Below are positions 26,964 through 35,554 of a DNA stretch of 54,391 nt, piece after piece. Made by a program: the position numbers and the translations under genes. Below the pieces are notes generated by a model, which was not told where the DNA came from, searched no databases, and saw nothing but the letters and a program-made list of their open reading frames with translations. The stretch comes from Candidatus Tayloriibacteriota bacterium. Its GTDB lineage: Bacteria; Patescibacteriota; Minisyncoccia; Phycocordibacterales; JARIHA01. Position 1 is the stretch's first letter. Each line of letters starts with the position of its first letter. The DNA is taken from contig JARIHA010000168.1 in the NCBI GenBank assembly GCA_029288475.1, positions 1 through 54,391 on the forward strand. Direction: 5' to 3'.

Positions 26964-27410
26964 ATGAAGAAACAATATTATTTTGTAGTTGGGTTTACCC
27001 TACTCATGGGTATGCTCTTTAGCACATTCATGCTGAAACAAAAAAGTGAAACATTGGAAGCTCTTCAGGATCGCACGTTTACAGCCAGAGTTATGATTCT
27101 TGAAATCACCACTCATCAAAAAGTTGACTGTCCAGAGCTCAATGAATTCCAGCCAATTAAAGGCGTGGTCAGGCTTAAATTTGACCGGCAAGTCATGATT
27201 TGGAGTGAAAACGGTACAGGTAAAGGTTTGGGCTACGCTACAGATACAGTTGATTTGGACATCAACGCAAATGACCAAAAACAGAGAGCCCTGGAGTTTG
27301 AAAAGCTCATTGGAAAAGGTCCGATGACCTTTCATTACAGCCAAAGCTTTTTATCAATTTGTGACTCTTCCAGAATTCCCACGATCCAAAAGATGGACGT
27401 CATGCCTTAA
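26964..27410 (+). CDS. hypothetical secreted/anchored protein
   Basis: 148 aa with an N-terminal hydrophobic segment (YYFVVGFTLLMGMLFSTFML). A terminator follows. Confidence 0.55.
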   Translation: MKKQYYFVVGFTLLMGMLFSTFMLKQKSETLEALQDRTFTARVMILEITTHQKVDCPELNEFQPIKGVVRLKFDRQVMIWSENGTGKGLGYATDTVDLDINANDQKQRALEFEKLIGKGPMTFHYSQSFLSICDSSRIPTIQKMDVMP

Positions 27411-27432
27411 TTCTGCAGCGGCAATTGATCGC

Positions 27433-27460
27433 GGCCCTTCACAAAAGTTGGGCCTTTTTG
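27433..27460 (+). terminator. intrinsic terminator
   Basis: GGCCC/GGGCC stem (27433-27437 / 27450-27454) followed by TTTTT. Confidence 0.55.
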
Positions 27461-27490
27461 TGCGCTTACTGTCGGAAGCGGCAATAAAAT

Positions 27491-27516
27491 AAAAAAGCTC
27501 CACATTGCTGTGAAGC
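27491..27516 (-). terminator. intrinsic terminator after the hydroxyacid oxidase gene
   Basis: On the minus strand, GCUUCACA-GCAA-UGUGGAGC forms an 8-bp stem with a GNRA loop, followed by UUUUUUAUUUU. Confidence 0.7.
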
Positions 27517-27566
27517 CGAGATCATACAAATCTCAAAGTACCTAGTCTAAACACTGGAAGCAAGAC

Positions 27567-28637
27567 TCACTCGAGCCTCACCACATTCCCCGGTCCGATG
27601 TCTTCGAGCGTTCGACATCTGGCCTTCACCATGCATTCGCTCAAGTCATTCTTGAATGTTTGAAGCACCTGCACCAATCCTCTTTCTCCATCAGCCGCGA
27701 GACCATAGATAGCAGGGCGACCAATGAGGACGGCCTTGGCACCGAGCGCCAATGCTTTGAAGACGTCCTCACCATTCCGAACCCCACCATCAAGATAGAT
27801 ATCAATCTGTTCCTTGATAGTGGGTGGAAGTTGAACGAGCGCATCTAGTGTAGCCGGAAGCTTATCGTTCTGCCGACCACCGTGATTCGAGATGATGACC
27901 GCATTCGCACCGGCATCAATCGCCTTGAGAACGTCTGCGTGCGAAAGCACCCCTTTGAGAATGACCGGGACCTTGGCATACAAGACGATCTCCCGGATGT
28001 CTTCCCAATTGAGCCTCATAGGCATGTATCTCTCATAGTATTGGTCGAGGGTCGAATAGGGAATCGCTGGATCTTCTGGGAAGATCGGCAGTTTGTGTAC
28101 CGGGAACTCCACTGCCGGAACGGCAGGATCCCGCTTGCACATCGAGCAACCCATGACAGCATCTACCGTAAGAACGATCGCTGAGCAACCGGCGTTCAGA
28201 GCCTTGTCGATGTAATGCTTCATCAAACCCAGGTCCTTGTACATAAGGAGCTGATACCAGGTATGTGATAGCTGGGAATCGATCTGAGAAAAATCAAGCG
28301 TCGAAAAGGACGAGATGATGTAGTTGGTGCCGACCTTGCGGGCCGCGGCCGACGTGGCAGATTCTCCCTTAGGAGTATACATACCATGCCAAGCAGTCGG
28401 AGCGATCATGACCGGCATCGCAAGATCTTTTCCGAAAATCTTGACTGCCGTCTGAGGATAGTTCGCACTTTCCTGCATTCGATTAGAAGACACGATGTCA
28501 TAATAACAGAACGCGTGGATGTTTGATCGGGAGGTGTTACCTTGCCCAGCGGCCCTGCCGATATAATCAGCAAGACCGAGTCCGAGTCTACCCTCGGTAG
28601 CGATTGCAAAGTCCTGAAGGGTTTCAAGTTTTCTCAT
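27567..28637 (-). CDS. FMN-dependent alpha-hydroxy-acid oxidase/dehydrogenase (lactate/glycolate oxidase family)
   Basis: 356 aa containing VIISNHGGRQ, DGGVRNGEDVFKALALGA and a TIM-barrel layout. Confidence 0.85.
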   Translation of the reverse strand: MRKLETLQDFAIATEGRLGLGLADYIGRAAGQGNTSRSNIHAFCYYDIVSSNRMQESANYPQTAVKIFGKDLAMPVMIAPTAWHGMYTPKGESATSAAARKVGTNYIISSFSTLDFSQIDSQLSHTWYQLLMYKDLGLMKHYIDKALNAGCSAIVLTVDAVMGCSMCKRDPAVPAVEFPVHKLPIFPEDPAIPYSTLDQYYERYMPMRLNWEDIREIVLYAKVPVILKGVLSHADVLKAIDAGANAVIISNHGGRQNDKLPATLDALVQLPPTIKEQIDIYLDGGVRNGEDVFKALALGAKAVLIGRPAIYGLAADGERGLVQVLQTFKNDLSECMVKARCRTLEDIGPGNVVRLE

Positions 28638-28799
28638 AAGCAGTGAAAGTGGAAGCGAAGTTGTAGCCAGTCTCCGTGCGGAGTCAGACTAGGATTTTAA
28701 TGAGCAAAGCCAAACAATATGACCTTTAAATCCTTTTTAATTAAACCATACAAGTCAACTTTATGCAATACTTCCACACTTGATAATATATAGCGTGGT

Positions 28800-29711
28800 T
28801 CAGTTTTGAGTATTAAAAGAACAAACTATATTAGTACTATTACCAACCAAAGGAACTGCACCGGAAATATTTTTCTGATTCGGATATTCTCTTCTGAGCT
28901 TTTCAACATCCTCCCTATCCATCTGCCAGCCAATTGCGCCCAGGTTTTCATTGAGATGATCGGTTTGTCTTGTCTTGGACAATATGATGACATTAGGCTG
29001 AACCATGAGCCAGTTCAAAGCTATCTGCGCGGGGGTCTTTGCGTACTTATTGCACATTTCTTGAAGGACATCTGGTATGTTTCTTAACATATTCCCTTTG
29101 TCGAGCGGGCTCCATGCAGATAGAATAATGTCGTTATTCTGGCAATATTCTAAAAGACCAGTAACCTCTGGTTCACGAAATTCTAAATTATAATGAACCT
29201 GGTTGTACACGATTTTGTTTTTTGTGTAGCTTTGAGCCTCGATTAACTGTTCCTTTGAGAAATTACATACGCCGATATTTCTGGTTAAACCGTCGTCAAC
29301 CAATTTGTCGAGTGCCCTGATCGAATCTCTGAGTGAATGTTTTTCACTAAATCGGTGAAGCAGGTATAGATCGAGATAATCAGTTTGCAATCTTTCAAGG
29401 CTTTTTTTACAGGAATTCAATATATTTTCATAAGCCATGTTATCAGCTTGTACTTTTGAAACGAGAAATATGTTTGAACGGTCATAGCCTTTCATCGCTT
29501 TGCCTACCAGGATCTCACTGTGCCCGTTGGCGTATACTTCTGCAGTATCTATATGAGTAACTCCTGCATTCAAAGCAGCCTTGATCCCAGCGATATCGGC
29601 AGCATCATCATTATTTGCATCACGTTCGTTGTGCCCGCCCATCCGCGAAGTACCCAGACCGTAAAGGGGTATTTCAAAACCTGATTTTAGTTTTTTTGTT
29701 GGAATTTTCAT
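28800..29711 (-). CDS. aldo/keto reductase
   Basis: 303 aa containing LGTSRMGG, HIDTAEVYANG and DLYLLH. This is the second AKR paralogue in the window. Confidence 0.85.
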   Translation of the reverse strand: MKIPTKKLKSGFEIPLYGLGTSRMGGHNERDANNDDAADIAGIKAALNAGVTHIDTAEVYANGHSEILVGKAMKGYDRSNIFLVSKVQADNMAYENILNSCKKSLERLQTDYLDLYLLHRFSEKHSLRDSIRALDKLVDDGLTRNIGVCNFSKEQLIEAQSYTKNKIVYNQVHYNLEFREPEVTGLLEYCQNNDIILSAWSPLDKGNMLRNIPDVLQEMCNKYAKTPAQIALNWLMVQPNVIILSKTRQTDHLNENLGAIGWQMDREDVEKLRREYPNQKNISGAVPLVGNSTNIVCSFNTQN

Positions 29712-29902
29712 GAGTTATTTATATGTTGGATTCTAAGGTATCTTAAGCGAGATAACCTAATCGCTTTTTCCGCCCAATTGCCGAAAAGTATTTATCGAGA
29801 TGATAGACGGGTAGATTTATTTTTTTACCAAGACTGCCGGCTAAGAAGCGGTGTTGATTGGTACTCAATATTTGCCGGGATATTTTTTGCAATTCATTAT
29901 AA

Positions 29903-30295
29903 TCAACGAACTATTATTGTATTAAACCATTGCTCTTGGAAATGAATGGCCACTATGATTTGTTCATCTGACATCTCCATTCCTTTTGGCACTACAATTA
30001 ACTTGTCGTCATCGTCATTTTTTCGATGAGCAATGGCGATACAGATTCCTTTTGCTTGTTCAAGAGACTCTTGCACCCCGAGATAATAAGCATCCAAATC
30101 TTCTCCGTCGGATGACTTTACTCCTCTAATAAAACCGTAATTTGCTGCATATATAAAACCATGCTTGGGATGTTTAGTTCCGAGCGGACGGTCCATTACG
30201 ACTTCAACTTCTTTACCAAGGTATTGTTTTGCTAATTGTAGTGAAACTGAATTTTCCATGGATTTTATTATAGTCGCCTCACAGGTTAGGTTCAT
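29903..30295 (-). CDS. inorganic pyrophosphatase-like small protein
   Basis: DRPLGTKHP..NYGFIRGVKSSDGEDLDAYYLG..NDDDDKLIVVP parallels the NYGxIPxT..DGDPxD..D.DDK.I core of family I PPases, but the protein is much shorter. The start may be the ATG at 30259. Confidence 0.5.
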   Translation of the reverse strand: MNLTCEATIIKSMENSVSLQLAKQYLGKEVEVVMDRPLGTKHPKHGFIYAANYGFIRGVKSSDGEDLDAYYLGVQESLEQAKGICIAIAHRKNDDDDKLIVVPKGMEMSDEQIIVAIHFQEQWFNTIIVR

Positions 30296-30557
30296 TCTTC
30301 CCTATTTCTAAAAGACGGCTGGCGATTAATTCAATTTTTTGCCGATTGCCTGGCAATCCCATAGTCTCGATCTCTGTCTTCCAGAGATAGTCGACAATTT
30401 CCTCCCACGAAGCTTTGCCAAATACAAGCGCGGCAACTTCCGCGACATAACCATCGTATTCATTCTGAGCCTCTGTAGATTGAGCGACCCCGATTGGGTC
30501 CCATTCTTTCAGAAGCACTTCTCGAATGACCGAATGCCTTTGTTGAATTTTGTTCAT
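30279..30557 (-). CDS. hypothetical protein (92 aa)
   Basis: ATG start and a natural composition. It overlaps the next ORF by 17 nt. No confident family call. Confidence 0.45.
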   Translation of the reverse strand: MNKIQQRHSVIREVLLKEWDPIGVAQSTEAQNEYDGYVAEVAALVFGKASWEEIVDYLWKTEIETMGLPGNRQKIELIASRLLEIGKNEPNL

Positions 30558-30621
30558 GGAATTGAATGGGCTATTAAGCGATTAAATGTATCGATCAGGC
30601 TCTGGCCATCGCCATCATTGC

Positions 30622-31050
30622 TTACCCTAATGTTCTAAGGTTTTCACATTTAAATCTATAATAGATCAGGATTAATTCTGGTTCGGGATACATCACACCT
30701 CTTTTTATCATTATATCTTCACCATATACTATCCTATTCATTTCATTAATTGCTCTTTTGAAAGTAGTAACATCCGTTGTTGTGTTGAGTATGCCCGCAA
30801 GCATGTTAATCCGCTCCACTTTTCTGGGCATAGCCTTAGCAGCTTCAAGTCTTGATTCTGACGCTTGTCTGCTTTTTTCTGAAAATCGCTCCTCTACAGT
30901 CCTTACCAAACTATCACGATATATATTTCCATTTTCATCGATACCTAAATGAGATGGGCTGTATTCATTCCCATAATCAACAAGAAGGCTTTCTCTTTCA
31001 TATATTGATTTGCTATCTTCAGGATTTGATGATTTTGGTTCTTTTTCCAT
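30622..31050 (-). CDS. hypothetical protein (142 aa)
   Basis: ATG start with a charged N-terminus. I recognise no domain. Confidence 0.45.
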   Translation of the reverse strand: MEKEPKSSNPEDSKSIYERESLLVDYGNEYSPSHLGIDENGNIYRDSLVRTVEERFSEKSRQASESRLEAAKAMPRKVERINMLAGILNTTTDVTTFKRAINEMNRIVYGEDIMIKRGVMYPEPELILIYYRFKCENLRTLG

Positions 31051-31145
31051 TGTCTTTTAATTATATCGCTTTTCTTATGATCTGTAGCTATACAAAACAG
31101 ACAAACTATTATCCAATGCTTCTCGAGCGATGCACAAGGTGACTG

Positions 31146-31163
31146 GAGGGAAAGGGACTCGGT
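31146..31163 (-). repeat. tRNA-Gln 3'-end-like direct repeat (copy A)
   Basis: GAGGGAAAGGGACTCGGT is identical to 32244..32261. It closely matches the plus-strand text of the tRNA-Gln T-arm/acceptor 3' end (GGGGGAAAGGGACTCG at 37415..37430). Confidence 0.6.
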
Positions 31164-31214
31164 CCTTACAGAACCAGCACAGGTTTCGTATCGTGCATTA
31201 CCCTGCTTGACTAA

Positions 31215-32129
31215 TTAACCAGAAACAGCCACTGGCACAAGCTCTTGTATTCTCTTAATCGCGTACTTTACAAAATCAAGTTCCTTACCATTTTTCTTGT
31301 TAGTAATTCCCCACTTAATACTATCAACGAGGCGCAGAATAACGAGTATTTCGACATCGTGCTTTATAAGTTCATAATGCGCTTTAGATATTCCGTAGCC
31401 TTTCATGAAAGCATTTTCGTATTTTTCACCATATCCCCACGTTAAGACCTCGGAGAGCTCGAGATGAGGCGCGCGATGCGCTCCTGCGGTACCCCAATCA
31501 ATGAGATAGACCCTGCCAGCAGGATCAATGACAGTATTCTTCGGCGCCAAGTTTGAATGACAGAGGACAGGATCAAATTGCCAATTATAAAGCTCGCTTA
31601 TTCTCTTTGTAATACACTCAACTTGAGATTGGTTTAAGATACTTTCTTTAATGAAGAAATTCGTCTCAAATAGCCATTCAAGTGACCAATCAATAACACC
31701 CTTCCATTCATTTACAAAATCATCGTCATCTGGATTCTTTAGATCCTCTCCATAACCTTTCACTTTTACACTATTTATCTTTTTTGCGTACTGCCCGAGC
31801 GTATACCAAATTCGTTCTTTATCTTCAGGCTTTTCAGTACCATCTACGCCTTCAATGTATTTAAAAATAGAATACGCCTTATCATTACAAATACCAACAT
31901 CAATAACAGTCGAGGTTGGGACACCTACAGCAGATACCTTTTCAATACACCATTTTTCTTTTACATAAGTTTTTAGGGCTGAAGCATTCTGAATTCTGAA
32001 AATGTATGAATCATTCTTAATTACAGCCTTGAACACATTATTGATTTCGCCCTTGCCGAGAATGGGAAAAACAGCAGTCGGTTTTATACCGAATACTTTT
32101 AAGGAAATAGCGTCCACTGTTTCATTCAT
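31215..32129 (-). CDS. aminoglycoside/choline-kinase-type phosphotransferase (APH family) protein
   Basis: 304 aa with the kinase-fold catalytic region LCHSNLAPKNTVID...YLIDWGTAG. The usual HxD is replaced by HSN. Confidence 0.75.
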   Translation of the reverse strand: MNETVDAISLKVFGIKPTAVFPILGKGEINNVFKAVIKNDSYIFRIQNASALKTYVKEKWCIEKVSAVGVPTSTVIDVGICNDKAYSIFKYIEGVDGTEKPEDKERIWYTLGQYAKKINSVKVKGYGEDLKNPDDDDFVNEWKGVIDWSLEWLFETNFFIKESILNQSQVECITKRISELYNWQFDPVLCHSNLAPKNTVIDPAGRVYLIDWGTAGAHRAPHLELSEVLTWGYGEKYENAFMKGYGISKAHYELIKHDVEILVILRLVDSIKWGITNKKNGKELDFVKYAIKRIQELVPVAVSG

Positions 32130-32168
32130 GGATTTTATTATACCTAATATACGGCAAAATTGCTGATA

Positions 32169-32210
32169 CTATCAAAAACCATGAGTAGTAATACTCATAG
32201 TTTTTGATAG
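32169..32210. repeat. 19-bp inverted repeat (long hairpin)
   Basis: CTATCAAAAACCATGAGTA (32169-32187) pairs with TACTCATAGTTTTTGATAG (32192-32210) with one mismatch and a 4-nt loop. It lies 40 nt upstream of the APH start. Confidence 0.7.
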
Positions 32211-32243
32211 TACTCGTGCGGGAGAACCTAGCTCTTGTTGGCT

Positions 32244-32261
32244 GAGGGAAAGGGACTCGGT
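32244..32261 (-). repeat. tRNA-Gln 3'-end-like direct repeat (copy B)
   Basis: GAGGGAAAGGGACTCGGT. With 2 nt of left flank, CTGAGGGAAAGGGACTCG (32242-32259) matches 37413-37430 at 17 of 18 positions. A roughly 100-nt GC-rich hairpin-rich patch follows. Confidence 0.6.
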
Positions 32262-32470
32262 TACGGATAATTTCCTCGCCGCCGCTCGGAAATTTCCGCG
32301 ACCCCGGCTCGCGGTTCGCCCTGCTGGGCTCACATCCGCTCCGCCTTTCTCGTCTATTTTACCCCTTTCAAGACTACCATTTTCTTCATGCACTCAAAAA
32401 CACCAAACACTCAGGAATGTAGTGGTAAAGATTCTCTGCCGCTACTGCTAGCATCTTAGATAAAACTTGA

Positions 32471-33172
32471 TCAATGTAATATGCCACCATGAAAAAAATC
32501 AGATGTTAATTTTAATTTATTGACGACGATTGGTAAACCTAAAAGATCCAATGACAATACAGACCCATTTCCATCAACGCCTTGATTCAATTCATAACCA
32601 AAACCAGTTTGGCCGTGAGTATTGTCAGATGAATAAGTGTAGTCAACACATCCTACGAGCATAATACTGAAATATCTGTCTTTTACCGTCGCATCCGACT
32701 TCTTAATCTGATCAGCTTCAACTAAGGTATTTATTCCTTCCGAGTGCGAATCTCCAGGAAATAAAAACTGTCCCCTATTTGAATCATAATTTGTCATCTT
32801 ATATACCTTATCACACTCTTTCTGCTCATCGGGAATCAAATTGAATGCATTTTCTTTCGTTAAAGGAAAAGCTGAAAATGAAACCTGAGTATTTTTGGCT
32901 GGCAGCTTACCTACATTTTTTAAGTTCAGATAAAGCGATATTTGAGCTTCCCCCAGTTTATCAATATAAAAAGGTCCAGCCATCTGCAAATCGGCCGTAA
33001 CCCATGGACGACTATCAATAATTATTTCGTTCAACTGCCCTCCTAAAACTTTCCACTGACAATAAGCCACAATAACACTACAAACAGTCGCGACAGCGAT
33101 TACACATGTAGAAATAACATTCCAGTCCCAAGATTTTACTTTTAAAATTTTTATGCAAGTAAACTTTATCAT
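32471..33172 (-). CDS. hypothetical membrane-anchored protein
   Basis: One N-terminal TM helix (VISTCVIAVATVCSVIVAY) followed by a roughly 190-aa soluble domain. The ORF-track start at 33196 is TTG, so the ATG at 33172 is used. Confidence 0.5.
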   Translation of the reverse strand: MIKFTCIKILKVKSWDWNVISTCVIAVATVCSVIVAYCQWKVLGGQLNEIIIDSRPWVTADLQMAGPFYIDKLGEAQISLYLNLKNVGKLPAKNTQVSFSAFPLTKENAFNLIPDEQKECDKVYKMTNYDSNRGQFLFPGDSHSEGINTLVEADQIKKSDATVKDRYFSIMLVGCVDYTYSSDNTHGQTGFGYELNQGVDGNGSVLSLDLLGLPIVVNKLKLTSDFFHGGILH

Positions 33173-33287
33173 ATATTTATATATGATAATATACAAAATC
33201 TCCTTACATGTGAAGGAGTGCAGTACAACTCGCTGTATTAAACACTAAATTCCATAGAAACATTGTTTATAGTCAGCTTTCTCAGGT

Positions 33288-34796
33288 CTATAATTTAAGA
33301 TTAATATCTTTCCCCGTTAAAGATTTAAAATTATTATTTATATTTTCTAGCATTTCATTTACGACAGCTTCAATAATTCCCTCGTACATATTTGGTATGA
33401 AGCTAAAAATAGTATATCTTCCGCCCGTCTGACTTATAGGATAAATTCCTCTATCCTTAGCCCCAACATCTTGATGTGCTAATGCCTTATTTACATATTC
33501 AATTATTTTATTATGATTAGGTAACCACTGATCATAATGAGTTTTTAATAAAGCACTAAGGTCGATTGCTCTACTTTGCTGTTTTTTAGCCCATGTAGCA
33601 TTTTGAAATAGTGACCTATATAAAATACTAGCGTACCCATGTGAAATCTGGTTAACAAGTCCAAAATCTAAAGGTGATCTAAAAGTTTTTTTATTCAAAC
33701 TTTTAGATATAAAAGCGACTTCATTTATCAGCTGATTTGGAATTTCTAAAACCTTTTTTAAATATAAAACTCTTTCATAGAGTAAAACTAGTGCATTTTC
33801 ATCTAAATCTTTTAAATTTTTAATAGGGTTCTTCTTTTTGTTTGACATGAATGTTTTAAGGACTTTTTTGTATACGCTGCAAAAGGATTGATACGATTTG
33901 ATTATTTTGTCTTTCTCGGTTTTGTCACTCAGCTCACTGTCTGAGAGCAATGCGCGGGATCCAATAACAATTACGCCATCTCCGGCCGATCCAACAGATT
34001 TCGCAAACGAATGCGACGCATTTCCGTGACTCAAGTAGACTTGGATTTTTGAGCTTTTGGCATGGAGTGATGAAATTATCAACGCAGGGCCAGGAGCGGT
34101 GCCCCAAATGACGATCGCGTTTACATCGTTTGGAATACTGTTTACGATGGGCTCGGCATCGGTGATGTTTTTTGAATAACTTCGGTCAAATGTAACCGTA
34201 ATTTGCGGCGAATTTGTATCGGCTTCTCGAAATGCCTCGGCTCCGCTCTTGCCGTATCCGTCATCTGAAAACAGCAAGGCAATTTTTGCACCCTCTTGGC
34301 GCATGCTGATTATTCCGGCAAGCTTTTGCGCGGCCAAGCTGTCATTTTGCGCAAACTTGAACGCCCACGGATTAACTTTTGTCGGATCACTGGGATCTTC
34401 AATTGTCTTTTTGCTCGCCGCAAGTGCGAGTAATGGAATTTGATATTCTTGCGCTTTTTTCGCCAATGGGATTGCTTCACCCGAGGTGCTTGGTCCAATC
34501 ACAGCCACGACATTGGAATTGTTTTTGAATTCCTCCAAGAATTGTTGGGCGATGTCTGGTTTTCCCCCGGAATCCCTGATGAGCAATATCACTTTTCCCT
34601 TCGAGTAGGCGTCCTGCGAAATGAGCGCCTCTAAAACTTTTGCCTCTGGCTCACCGATATAGTTTGCTGGGCCGGTCTTGGAGAGAATGACACCAATTGT
34701 GATCTCATGGGAGGTTTTGCGATTTGCAACAAAGAATACGACGATTCCAATCGCAATCAAAGACATCACCAGCTTTGGAAGAGTTCTTTTTTGCAT
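33288..34796 (-). CDS. chimeric ORF: type-1 periplasmic solute-binding protein N-terminal part fused to an unrelated AT-rich C-terminal domain
   Basis: Residues 1-285 look like a Leu/Ile/Val-type SBP: signal anchor, IGVILSKTGPANYIG, VVAVIGPSTSGEA, IALLFSDDGYGKS. From about 33900 downward the DNA becomes visibly AT-rich and the protein is unrelated. An internal ATG at 33848 (MSNKKKNPIK..) could start an independent 186-aa protein. Confidence 0.6.
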   Translation of the reverse strand: MQKRTLPKLVMSLIAIGIVVFFVANRKTSHEITIGVILSKTGPANYIGEPEAKVLEALISQDAYSKGKVILLIRDSGGKPDIAQQFLEEFKNNSNVVAVIGPSTSGEAIPLAKKAQEYQIPLLALAASKKTIEDPSDPTKVNPWAFKFAQNDSLAAQKLAGIISMRQEGAKIALLFSDDGYGKSGAEAFREADTNSPQITVTFDRSYSKNITDAEPIVNSIPNDVNAIVIWGTAPGPALIISSLHAKSSKIQVYLSHGNASHSFAKSVGSAGDGVIVIGSRALLSDSELSDKTEKDKIIKSYQSFCSVYKKVLKTFMSNKKKNPIKNLKDLDENALVLLYERVLYLKKVLEIPNQLINEVAFISKSLNKKTFRSPLDFGLVNQISHGYASILYRSLFQNATWAKKQQSRAIDLSALLKTHYDQWLPNHNKIIEYVNKALAHQDVGAKDRGIYPISQTGGRYTIFSFIPNMYEGIIEAVVNEMLENINNNFKSLTGKDINLKL

Positions 34797-34939
34797 ACAA
34801 TTTTAGTTTTTAGATAATCAACCAAATAAAATTCACACGCCGATTTTTGGACATTCCTTACCTGAGCCCGAGCCTCGGCGTAACTCTCCACATCTTTGGC
34901 GCACTTGTCAAACGCTTTTAAGTGTGACCCTTTTGGCCA

Positions 34940-35176
34940 TTGCCTCCTCGGTTTAGCGAACCTCTTTCAGGTCTGGCTTGCAAGAGGGCGACGTGGCCCC
35001 TTTTGATTGCGGCGACATTTTGGGGCGTTGAGTCCATTCGCGACAGAATCATAACGCGGGACATCGCTCGCGCTGCTTACGCATTTGGTTCCGATAGTCG
35101 ATGGCAAATGGTGTTTGATGTCGATAGAACCTTTAGTGCGGTAGGAACTTTAATTCTGAACCCGTTTTTTTATTAA
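34940..35176 (+). pseudogene. 3'-terminal remnant of an unidentified plus-strand gene
   Basis: The 78-codon reading frame is protein-like (..WPLLIAATFWGVESIRDRIITRDIARAAYAFGSD..) but has no ATG. Its stop codon sits in the loop of the hairpin at 35162..35183. Confidence 0.35.
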
Positions 35177-35183
35177 AAAACGG
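35162..35183. terminator. bidirectional terminator-like hairpin
   Basis: CCGTTTTTT-TATT-AAAAAACGG forms a 9-bp stem whose arms are themselves T and A runs. Confidence 0.5.
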
Positions 35184-35498
35184 CTCTTCAGGAATTTTCT
35201 CGGGATATTTCATTCAACAAAACAAGCGCCAAGTTCGCCCACCGCAGCTACCATCGACGTAATGATTGTGGTACAACCCGAGCCTCGGGATGGCCGGCCA
35301 TTCCCTCCCTCTCCCGTCTCAAGGCGCTACCGCGCCGTTGGATTCACCAAGACCAGCGAGCGGCGGAGAAGGTCTGGTGCTCCATAGCGCGCGTCGCCGC
35401 CAGTCGCCACGCGTAACGAACTCGCTTGGCCTTGGTGAATAGGCGCACCCAACGCCTACGATGTCCAATGAAAACTCCCAGATGATCCCGGAACAACG

Positions 35499-35528
35499 AA
35501 AAAAACAGCCTGCACTGGAAGGTGCAGG
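35499..35528 (-). terminator. intrinsic terminator after the 35555..36031 gene
   Basis: On the minus strand, CCUGCAC-CUUCCA-GUGCAGG is followed by CUGUUUUUUU. It lies 27 nt downstream of the stop. Confidence 0.6.
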
Positions 35529-35554
35529 ACTGTTGCGGTTGCGGAGGCGATATC

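Noticed and set aside
32172-32393. 73-aa minus-strand ORF in the GC-rich patch next to direct repeat B.
   Set aside because: It has an Arg/Gly/Ala-rich low-complexity translation of a hairpin-dense sequence (AATTTCC/GGAAATT, GCGA..TCGC) with no SD. It is more likely att-site or relic DNA.
35022-35384. tmRNA (ssrA)-like features on the plus strand. The 5' end GGGGCGUUGAGUCCAUUCGCGACAG resembles GGGGxCGUU..GGAUUCGACAG. A possible G3-U acceptor pairing exists with GUGCUCC-A at 35377-35384. There is a long-range helix GAAUC..AACG / CGUU..GAUUC. A stop codon lies in a hairpin loop. The total length is 363 nt.
   Set aside because: No canonical T arm (GGUUCGAxUCC-type loop) precedes the putative acceptor 3' strand. 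The GG of the GGxUUCGAC block is missing and the block carries an insertion. No reading frame gives a credible tag ending in a hydrophobic or Ala-rich tail. The hairpin with the stop codon is better explained as the terminator of a gene remnant (34940..35176). ARAGORN or RF00023 could overturn this.
35355-35500. RNase P RNA-like blocks in the correct order on the plus strand: GGAGAAGGUCUGGUGCUCCAUAGCGC (like CR-I GAGGAAAGUCCGGGCUCCAUAGGGC), GGUGAAUAGGCGCACC (like CR-II) and AAACUCC..CCCGGAACAA (like CR-III).
   Set aside because: The universally conserved GAAAGUC core is altered to GAAGGUC. No downstream strand can form P4 or P2. The GGUAAGAGC module is absent. The 3' half would have to overlap a terminator and a CDS on the other strand. 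At best this is a decayed fragment, which cmsearch with RF00010 would decide.
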